Below, piece by piece: positions 27,444-34,030 of a DNA stretch of 34,030 nt. The notes under the pieces were generated by a model. That model saw only the letters and a list, made by a program, of their open reading frames with translations, was not told the DNA's origin and made no database searches. The DNA lies in assembly GCA_964411965.1 (NCBI GenBank), contig CAYPNW010000002.1:1-34030 (forward strand). The letters run 5' to 3'. Source of the DNA: an uncultured Burkholderiaceae bacterium (GTDB lineage Bacteria; Pseudomonadota; Gammaproteobacteria; Burkholderiales; Burkholderiaceae_D). The translations under genes were made by a program, and so were the position numbers. Position 1 is the stretch's first letter. The number at the start of each line of letters is the position of its first letter.

Positions 27444-27961
27444 GCTCCGGCGCGCACCGACTGCTGCAGCTGGCCCGTGGCATGGAACTTCTCCATGTCG
27501 GCCTTGATCTGTCGCTCGATGATCGCGCGTGCATCGGCCGCATTCAGGCCCTTCGAATAGATCAGGCGTTTGTAGTCATCGCGATACTCGATGGGGCACC
27601 ACTGGTAATAATTACGCAGGCGCGACGCGACGGCCCGGCGGCGCGGTTCCGACCCTTTGGGCATCGCCGCATGTCCCACCTTGCCCAATCCAAGCGCACG
27701 CGCCTGTTCGCGCAGTACAGCCAGGCGCTCGGGGTTTGCCGCCAGCATGCGGCGCAGGCCATCATGGGCCTTGGCGAGGTTCTGCGCCTTGAACACCGGA
27801 TCCGCGAAGTGCGCCTTCATGATCGCGCGCGACTTGGCGATCCGGCTGGGGTTGCTGCCATTGGCCTTGCGCGAGCATGCCTGGCATAGTGTCGTGGTGC
27901 GCCGTGGGTAGTTCGTACGCGGCGCTCCGCACGTCGAGCACGTGTATCCGGTGTCTGTCAT
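27440..27961 (-). CDS. Hypothetical protein with N-terminal zinc finger
   Basis: CSTC...CQAC; ATGA coupling on both sides. Confidence 0.7.
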   Translation of the reverse strand: MTDTGYTCSTCGAPRTNYPRRTTTLCQACSRKANGSNPSRIAKSRAIMKAHFADPVFKAQNLAKAHDGLRRMLAANPERLAVLREQARALGLGKVGHAAMPKGSEPRRRAVASRLRNYYQWCPIEYRDDYKRLIYSKGLNAADARAIIERQIKADMEKFHATGQLQQSVRAGA

Positions 27962-28137
27962 TGTGTTCTGCCCTGCAGTTCGGCCTTGATCTGCTGCGCC
28001 TTCGCCAGCGCGCGGCGCCGATCCTCGTCATCGCGGACCTTGCGCGCCTCCACCGCCACGCGGCGACGCTCGCGCAGCGCGGTGGCTGCCGGGTGACGCA
28101 CATAGTGGCGATAGAGGTTGATGATCCGCGCACGCAT
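27958..28137 (-). CDS. Small basic hypothetical protein, 59 aa ([16 protein letters not shown]...); not in ORF track
   Basis: Exactly fills the gap; TGATG overlap upstream and ATGA overlap downstream. Confidence 0.7.
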   Translation of the reverse strand: MRARIINLYRHYVRHPAATALRERRRVAVEARKVRDDEDRRRALAKAQQIKAELQGRTQ

Positions 28138-28379
28138 CAGTCGAGACCGAGCGCTGCCTTGTACGTCTCCAGCAGCGCTTCGGCTTCCTGACGCACATGG
28201 TTTTCCATCTTGCGGAGCCGGACGATCGCCTTGACGGTCTTCACATCGTATCCGGTCGATTTGGCTTCGTTGTAGACATCCTTGATGTCGTCACCGAGGC
28301 CCTTCTTTTCTTCCTCCAGCCGCTCGATACGTTCGATCAGGAGGCGTAGGCGGTCGGCAGCTATGTTGGGTTCGGACAT
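28137..28379 (-). CDS. gapR: GapR-family (DUF2312) nucleoid-associated protein
   Basis: [16 protein letters not shown]...DIKDVY.EAK..GYDVK....VRLRK..........[10 protein letters not shown]. Confidence 0.92.
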   Translation of the reverse strand: MSEPNIAADRLRLLIERIERLEEEKKGLGDDIKDVYNEAKSTGYDVKTVKAIVRLRKMENHVRQEAEALLETYKAALGLD

Positions 28380-28394
28380 GATAGTTCCTTTCGT

Positions 28395-28796
28395 TCAGCA
28401 AGCATCGATGAAGCGGAGTTGGCGCGGATCCGGTCGGGACTTCGCGCGCAGGGCGACCTCCACCATGCGCGCGGCATCGGGCCATTCGTCGAGAGCGCGG
28501 CACATGAGGATCGAAGCCATCGGACGATCACCTGCGATTAGTGCAGCAATGCCATCGTCCAGATCCCGGACGCACGGCTCCAGGCCCGCTATGGCGTTCT
28601 CGGCGATCTCCTCTTCGTCAGGAGCGTCGTCGGCATGTATATAGCCAGCTTGATAAGCGCATTCTTCTGCATCGACGTCGACGTCGATATCGACCGTGTC
28701 TTTCTCATCGATGATGTTAAGCGCTGAAGATGGTAGCGCCTGAAGTTCCAGTGCATCCATGAGGGTGCGGACCGGGACGGATACGGTTTGCATCAT
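28395..28796 (-). CDS. Acidic hypothetical protein
   Basis: Co-oriented; GAGG RBS; fills gap between clamp and GapR. Confidence 0.7.
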   Translation of the reverse strand: MMQTVSVPVRTLMDALELQALPSSALNIIDEKDTVDIDVDVDAEECAYQAGYIHADDAPDEEEIAENAIAGLEPCVRDLDDGIAALIAGDRPMASILMCRALDEWPDAARMVEVALRAKSRPDPRQLRFIDAC

Positions 28797-28806
28797 GGTC
28801 GGACCC

Positions 28807-29976
28807 TCACGCGTTCATCGGCATGATGCCGCACAGGACACCCGGGCGATCATCACTGGAGAACAGGAACACATCGCGCGGCCCTGCCATTGCGATCGTC
28901 AGGGTCGACGCGGTGCCGAACGCCTGCGCCACGGCCATCGCGAACTGGAAGTTGACACCAATCGTCAGCGGTTCGCCGACATAGTCACCCTCGATCGGCT
29001 CGACCGCGCGGCCACCGTCCGATGCAGCGCCTGAGGCTTCGCAATGATCGGGGGAGAGCTCCAGCCGCACCGCGCGTGTTTTGCCGTCGGAGGCAGCGCC
29101 AGCGGCCCGGATGCACCGGATGAATTCAGCCGACTGCACGGTCAGCACATTGTCATCGCCACGCTTCGGCAGCACCCGCTGATAATCAGGGTACGATCCG
29201 TCGACCAGCTTCGCGCTGAGCGTGGCATTTTTGTATGCGACGATGAACTGCGAGCCAGTGACGTTCACCGTGATCGTCTCGTCGGGCTTGGCATCGCCCA
29301 ATAGCTGCCCGATCAACTTCACGCCCTTCGACGAGATGATGACGCCGCGCATCTCGTCAGCTTTTTCGGGCAAACCGCCCTGTACCTGCATCACGCGATG
29401 TCCGTCGGTGGCAGCGGCGAACAGGCGGCCGTCTTGAACGTGCAGGAATACGCCGCACAGGTAGTAGCGCGTTTCTTCAGTGCTTTGCGCCACCCGCGCT
29501 GTTTCCAGCATGATCGCCAGCCGCTCGGCAGGCATGACAAATGCTGTCGTCTCACCACGGGGCTTGCCCATTGGGAAGTCGTCTGCGCGAATCGTGGGCA
29601 GCTTGCGGCTGGAACGGCCCTGCCGGATCGTCATCGTCCCCGCGTCCAGTGTGACGTCGATCATGCCCGGGCGCATCGTATCGATGGCGCCGATCAGCCG
29701 GTCGGCCGGGACGGTTGTGTCCATATCCGCACCAAAGCATGCAAGGCCCTGCTCGAACCACGTGTCGAGATCGGTGCCGACGACCGTGAGCCAGCCGCCC
29801 TTTGCAATCAGGCGGAAGTTGGACAGAATCATGATCGTGTTTCGTGCCTCGATCACGGCATTGACCGAGCGGATCGCCGCCAGCAGCGCGTCGCGATCTA
29901 CGCGGAGAGTGGTGCGGTCAGGCTGCCCTGCGGTGTCGGCGGCGGCTGGGCGTTCAAGGGTGTCGACATCTGTCAT
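28807..29976 (-). CDS. dnaN: DNA polymerase III beta sliding clamp homolog (phage-encoded)
   Basis: RNTIMILSN, GTDLD, STEETRYYLCG, ATDGHR, KLVDGSYPDYQRVLP, IMPM; start refined to 29976. Confidence 0.92.
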   Translation of the reverse strand: MTDVDTLERPAAADTAGQPDRTTLRVDRDALLAAIRSVNAVIEARNTIMILSNFRLIAKGGWLTVVGTDLDTWFEQGLACFGADMDTTVPADRLIGAIDTMRPGMIDVTLDAGTMTIRQGRSSRKLPTIRADDFPMGKPRGETTAFVMPAERLAIMLETARVAQSTEETRYYLCGVFLHVQDGRLFAAATDGHRVMQVQGGLPEKADEMRGVIISSKGVKLIGQLLGDAKPDETITVNVTGSQFIVAYKNATLSAKLVDGSYPDYQRVLPKRGDDNVLTVQSAEFIRCIRAAGAASDGKTRAVRLELSPDHCEASGAASDGGRAVEPIEGDYVGEPLTIGVNFQFAMAVAQAFGTASTLTIAMAGPRDVFLFSSDDRPGVLCGIMPMNA

Positions 29977-29987
29977 GGTCATTCCTT

Positions 29988-30749
29988 TCAGTGGCGCAGG
30001 AAGGCGATCGTGCGGTCGGACTGCCAGCACAGTGCGCAGGTTGCGCAGCAGTCGGTTTTGTTGAGCTGGGAGGGGCAGACGATGTTCGGGGTCGGTTCGT
30101 CGCGCTCGATCGTCTCGGCGCCCAAGGTGTGAAAGCCGGCACCCGAAAAGCGCAGGGCGAACCGGTCCCACCCATTCACCGCCATGTCGAGCAACTGGGC
30201 ACCGATCTCGCTTTCGGGCGGGTGCGCGGTGTATCCGAACACGTGGAGCGCCGGGAACTGGGTCAGGGCATCGCGCCAGAACTGCACATAGTCAGCGGAA
30301 TAGAAGTCGCCCAATATGTGGATACGCACCACGAAGCCGCCCGGATGGTGCTTTTGCAATGCCGCGAGCTCGCTGTGCAGCTTGGCTTCGAACGCCTCGC
30401 CGCCGATGTGCCGGCGGGCATAGGGCATATTGTTGCCGTAGCAGCTTGCCCACTGCTTGCAGGACGAGGGGCAGGTGGCGCGCTCTTCAAGGGTCAGGGT
30501 GAAGATGCGGAAGCCCTTCCACTTCCCTTTCATGACCTTGCGGCCAATCTTTCGCTGGTTCAGTCCGTCGATCAGCACCCGTGGCGAGACGGAAGCATGC
30601 ACGACGGTCGAAGGAAACAGCGTGCGGGCGGTCTCCATGGCGGAGTGACCCGGCATCAACACCACACCGCCGCGGCGACCGACCGGTTTCGCAATGCGGT
30701 GCTGGCTTCCGCCATAGGCCCGCACGACAGGCTTGCGCGCGGCCGTCAC
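29988..30749 (-). CDS. GP88-like Cys-rich protein (possible Fe-S / radical-SAM-like)
   Basis: TCPSSCKQWASCYG, RIHILGDFYS, FGYT, CPSQ....CCATCALCW. Confidence 0.7.
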   Translation of the reverse strand: MTAARKPVVRAYGGSQHRIAKPVGRRGGVVLMPGHSAMETARTLFPSTVVHASVSPRVLIDGLNQRKIGRKVMKGKWKGFRIFTLTLEERATCPSSCKQWASCYGNNMPYARRHIGGEAFEAKLHSELAALQKHHPGGFVVRIHILGDFYSADYVQFWRDALTQFPALHVFGYTAHPPESEIGAQLLDMAVNGWDRFALRFSGAGFHTLGAETIERDEPTPNIVCPSQLNKTDCCATCALCWQSDRTIAFLRH

Positions 30750-33430
30750 GCTGCGGCATCCTGAACGCGGTTTTCGTCATGCTCCAGATCGAGCAAGTCG
30801 AAGAGCGAAGGGACGGCCATCTGATCTTCGGTCTCGCGCAGGTAGGATACGCTGCACGCCCAGTAATCGGGATTGAGCTCGCTGCCGGCGCCGCGCCGTT
30901 CTTTCAGCAGCGCCCGCATCGGTACGGTGCCCAGACCGCAGAAGGGGTCAAACACCAGATCGCCGGGATTGGAGTAGCGATCGATCAGGCGATCGACGAT
31001 GTCGAACTGCAGCGGGCACACATGCTTCTCGCGACCCTTCTGCACCTGCTCGCCGTTCAGTGTCCGCATGCGCACGACGTCATCCCAGACGTCGGGATGA
31101 TGGCTGCCCGGCGCGATCGCCATGTATGTGCGGGGCAGGTGGCCGCGCTCGTCATTTTCCGGCCGTGCATCGATGGCTTCGCCGATATCGATATGCGTCT
31201 TGTGGCAGTGGATAAGATCGCGCGTTTCTTCACGAAAGCGCTTGACGATCCGGCCCGTCGCCATGTCCTTGAACCGGTCGGCGACTTCCCAGAGCTCCGG
31301 GATCATCATCGGACGGTCGCCACTCGATCGCCAGAATGCGTGCGCATCGACCTGCCAGCGCGCCAGGCTGTAGTCGTCCTTCGCCTTTGTCACGGGCACG
31401 TCGGCGTAACCGCGGCTTCGATCCGACTGGGGCTTGCGCATCAGCAGGACATATTCGGGGCTGCCACACCCCATCTTGGTCCCGTCCTTCAGCATCTCCG
31501 TGTAGGACAGGCGGTACGTCTGGTTGTTCTCCCGCACGACATCGGTGACGACCGTGATCATGCCCATGAACTGGAAGCCGTGGCGCATGTAGTGCTCGAT
31601 GCACCGGGCGTGGAACGGGTTAACCGTCGGAACGCCGTCGCCGGTTACGGACCCGAACAGGATCCGGTCCTTCACGTGGATGCAGGCCAGCCGACCCGGG
31701 GCCAGTGCGCGCATCAGCGCCGGTGTCAGGAAGTCCATCTGCGCAAAGAAATGCGCGTCGTCGTCGGTGTGACCGAAGTCGTTGTAGCTCGGCGTATATT
31801 CATAGTGGTTGGAGAAGGGGATGCTGGTGACGATCAGGTCGACCGATCCCTCGTCCAGCTGCCGGGCTTCCTCCACGCAATCATTGTGGGCAAGCGTCCA
31901 GCCGGTGCCGCTCTCGACGCGCCGCTCGCAGCCAATGGCGCGCTTCATGCCCTCGGCTGCGGCTGAGTGATTGAGCCCATAGGTGCGGATCAGGTCCGAC
32001 ATGGTGACGCGAAACTCGTCGTCACGTGCCCATTTCGCCTTCAGGTCGCGGACGACTTCGCTTTCGGTTTCCGCATAGATGATGTCGATCTCGACGGGGC
32101 ATTCCTGCCCGAACCGCTGGATGCGGTGGATTGCCTGTATGAAGTCGCGGAACTTGTGGCCGATGCCGGTGAAGATCGCGCGGTGACAGTAGCGCTGCAG
32201 ATTCACGCCCCCGCCGAGCATGACCGGCTTTGCCGCGATCAGTCCGAGTTGCCCGGTGGCGAAGCGCGAAACGATGCCCTCACGAACCTCCAGCTTCTGC
32301 GCGCCGAACACTGCCTCGCACTCTGGCAGGGCGAGCTCCAGTGCCCGGCGCTCATCTTCCAGGTCATGCCAGAGGATGAAGTTATCGACGTCTGACGCGG
32401 CTACGATCTCGACGGCTTTATCGATGCGCGCATCAAGGGTCCGGCGCTTTTCGCGGCTGGCCTCGACAATGCCGAGCGCGGCGTTGCGCATCAGGCGGCC
32501 CTGTCCGTTGCTCTCGGCTGTCGCATCGGCGATGTCGGTCGTGACGCAGTGCCAGCGAACCTCGATCGGGGGCAGGTCATAGCCTTCGTCGGAGAAGCCG
32601 AGATCTGACGGCCGCTGGATGCAGACAGCCCAGCTGTTCACCCACGTCCAGAACTCATCGACCTTATGCGGGTAGAGCGTAAGATCGCCCGCCTTCTGCG
32701 CATTGCGCTGGAAGAAGCGGGTCAGCGCCTGGCCGGTGTCCATGATGCCAAGGAACCCTGCATAGTGGATCATCTCCTTGTAGCGGTTCGGCGCCGGTGT
32801 GGCCGTGGCGACAAAGCGATAGGGCACCGCTTCGAAGAGGGGCAGAAACTCCTGAAATGTCTTCGATCCGTAGGACCGCAGCACGTCGGCTTCATCGAGG
32901 CTGGCGGCGCGGAAGCGGGAGATCGTGATCTTCCCTTCGCGCACGCTTTCGTAGTTCGTGAGGAAAATGCCGCCGCAGTCGCCGGATGCTTCGATATCGG
33001 CATCCGACTGCACGAACCGCACGGGGATATCGAGCAACTCAGCGTCTTTGATGAATTCGCGACGGACGTTCAGGGGGACGACGATCAGGCCATCGGGGCG
33101 GAAGCCCTCGGCGGCTTCGAGCTTGCGCAGAATTATGTCGATGATCAGCAGTTGCTGCATCGTCTTGTGGAGCCCGAAGCTCTCGAACAACCCGCGCCGC
33201 CCGCCTTCGACCGCCCAGCGCACGATGTGACGGACGTGCGGTTTCATTTCCCGGCCGTCAGTCAGGTGGGTGCGAACCTCGTCGAGCGCGCAGGGCAGGC
33301 CAGCGGGTAACGCCATCGCGATCTTCGCTTCGAGAAACGCGCGGTAATCGCCGGTTTCGCTGAGGTGCAGTTCATCATCCGCAGGAACGACCATCGCCGC
33401 GCCTACGCTTTCGCGCATATCCATGTTCAT
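30746..33430 (-). CDS. SNF2-like helicase fused to N4/N6 DNA methyltransferase (beta class)
   Basis: Helicase: FGLHKT, TNYE, LDEA, TATPAPN, QAIHRIQRFGQ. MTase: DLIVTSIPF, HVCPLQ, FDPFCGLGT. Confidence 0.9.
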   Translation of the reverse strand: MNMDMRESVGAAMVVPADDELHLSETGDYRAFLEAKIAMALPAGLPCALDEVRTHLTDGREMKPHVRHIVRWAVEGGRRGLFESFGLHKTMQQLLIIDIILRKLEAAEGFRPDGLIVVPLNVRREFIKDAELLDIPVRFVQSDADIEASGDCGGIFLTNYESVREGKITISRFRAASLDEADVLRSYGSKTFQEFLPLFEAVPYRFVATATPAPNRYKEMIHYAGFLGIMDTGQALTRFFQRNAQKAGDLTLYPHKVDEFWTWVNSWAVCIQRPSDLGFSDEGYDLPPIEVRWHCVTTDIADATAESNGQGRLMRNAALGIVEASREKRRTLDARIDKAVEIVAASDVDNFILWHDLEDERRALELALPECEAVFGAQKLEVREGIVSRFATGQLGLIAAKPVMLGGGVNLQRYCHRAIFTGIGHKFRDFIQAIHRIQRFGQECPVEIDIIYAETESEVVRDLKAKWARDDEFRVTMSDLIRTYGLNHSAAAEGMKRAIGCERRVESGTGWTLAHNDCVEEARQLDEGSVDLIVTSIPFSNHYEYTPSYNDFGHTDDDAHFFAQMDFLTPALMRALAPGRLACIHVKDRILFGSVTGDGVPTVNPFHARCIEHYMRHGFQFMGMITVVTDVVRENNQTYRLSYTEMLKDGTKMGCGSPEYVLLMRKPQSDRSRGYADVPVTKAKDDYSLARWQVDAHAFWRSSGDRPMMIPELWEVADRFKDMATGRIVKRFREETRDLIHCHKTHIDIGEAIDARPENDERGHLPRTYMAIAPGSHHPDVWDDVVRMRTLNGEQVQKGREKHVCPLQFDIVDRLIDRYSNPGDLVFDPFCGLGTVPMRALLKERRGAGSELNPDYWACSVSYLRETEDQMAVPSLFDLLDLEHDENRVQDAAA

Positions 33431-33464
33431 GTCTCCGATGCGGCTGGGCCGCGTTGTCAGTGTC

Positions 33465-33986
33465 TCAGCTTGCGGCGGCCCTCAGGCGTACGGTGTTTCG
33501 GCGGTTGTCGAGCATCGTGGAAATGTCGTGCAGCAGGTCGATCACACCTGCCTTGTCCAGCTCGCGCACATCGGCGTCACAACACTGGCCGTCGGCGAGC
33601 AGGGTCATCAGCAGCGGCAGCGCCTTGGCGATCGCGACCGGGATAGACCCGACATCGCCAACGCACACCGCATCGACCGGCACGGCCTTTGCACCGATCA
33701 GCGCCATCACCGTGGAGAGCGACGCGGGCCCGAAGGCTTTGCCGATCGACAGCATGGCAACCGGCGACAGGTCACCCTTGCGGTTGCGGGCGTTGCCTAC
33801 GGTGGCGGCTGACGTGCCGAGCAGGTCGGCCATGTCCTGGTCGGACAGCCCACCTTCGCGCGCAGCGACGCCGATCATCGTCTGGCTGATCGCCTCGCGG
33901 TAAGAACTTTGGGTGAGACGGTGCGAATTGCCCAACACGTTGGGTGCGCGCGAGGCTAGACCGGCATCATGAGAACGCACAGACAT
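33465..33986 (-). CDS. HTH regulatory protein (CII-like position)
   Basis: SDQDMADLLGTSAATVGNARN HTH; GGAGG RBS before ATG 33986. Confidence 0.65.
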   Translation of the reverse strand: MSVRSHDAGLASRAPNVLGNSHRLTQSSYREAISQTMIGVAAREGGLSDQDMADLLGTSAATVGNARNRKGDLSPVAMLSIGKAFGPASLSTVMALIGAKAVPVDAVCVGDVGSIPVAIAKALPLLMTLLADGQCCDADVRELDKAGVIDLLHDISTMLDNRRNTVRLRAAAS

Positions 33987-34030
33987 CACGCCGCCTCCCG
34001 CTGCACATTCGGGCACTCGCGCACATTGCA
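33986..34030 (-). CDS. 3' end of upstream gene (...CNVRECPNVQREAA*), truncated by window edge
   Basis: Open frame ending in TGA that overlaps the next ATG. Confidence 0.4.
   Translation of the reverse strand, partial: CNVRECPNVQREAA

Larger units (their letters stand above)
490..34030 (-). mobile_element. Prophage (temperate siphovirus-like, HK97-type head); extends beyond the right edge, left boundary unclear
   Basis: Contiguous, co-oriented, translationally coupled replication, packaging, head, tail and lysis genes in canonical lambdoid order. Confidence 0.97.

Noticed and set aside
28384-28396. Second LexA-like site GTTC-CTTTC-GTTC before gapR
   Set aside because: Spacer is 5 bp, not 7, and coincides with the RBS
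29991-30764. 257-aa plus-strand ORF
   Set aside because: Exact antisense mirror of the GP88-like gene
30581-31966. 461-aa plus-strand ORF
   Set aside because: Antisense shadow of the helicase-MTase gene caused by GC-biased codon usage; no recognisable motifs

Overview
Almost the whole window is one temperate, cos-type (HK97-like head, lambda-like non-contractile tail) prophage transcribed on the minus strand. The host is probably an alphaproteobacterium, likely Sphingomonadaceae (inferred from the GapR homolog, an alphaproteobacterial LexA box and high GC). From right to left in transcription order: (1) an early region with a CII-like HTH, SNF2-helicase/DNA-methyltransferase fusion, Cys-rich GP88-like protein, phage-encoded beta sliding clamp, GapR, RusA, a replication initiator with internal iterons and a putative loader; (2) a putative late regulator preceded by a perfect LexA box; (3) HNH, cos, TerS, TerL, portal, protease, capsid and head-tail genes; (4) tail tube, G/GT chaperones with a GGGAAAG -1 frameshift, tape measure, tail-tip genes and a tail-tip protein carrying a collagen-bracketed tandem duplication; (5) a ~5.3 kb accessory block bounded by an imperfect direct repeat, holding a possible head-spike base and fibre, an SGNH esterase and an antisense FkbM methyltransferase; (6) the lysis cassette (GH108 endolysin, DUF6527-like Cys/His protein, holin, overlapping spanins). 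Integrase, repressor and att sites are not visible. Family assignments come from motif recognition by eye, not database searches. Several start codons were refined from RBS positions and stop/start overlaps.
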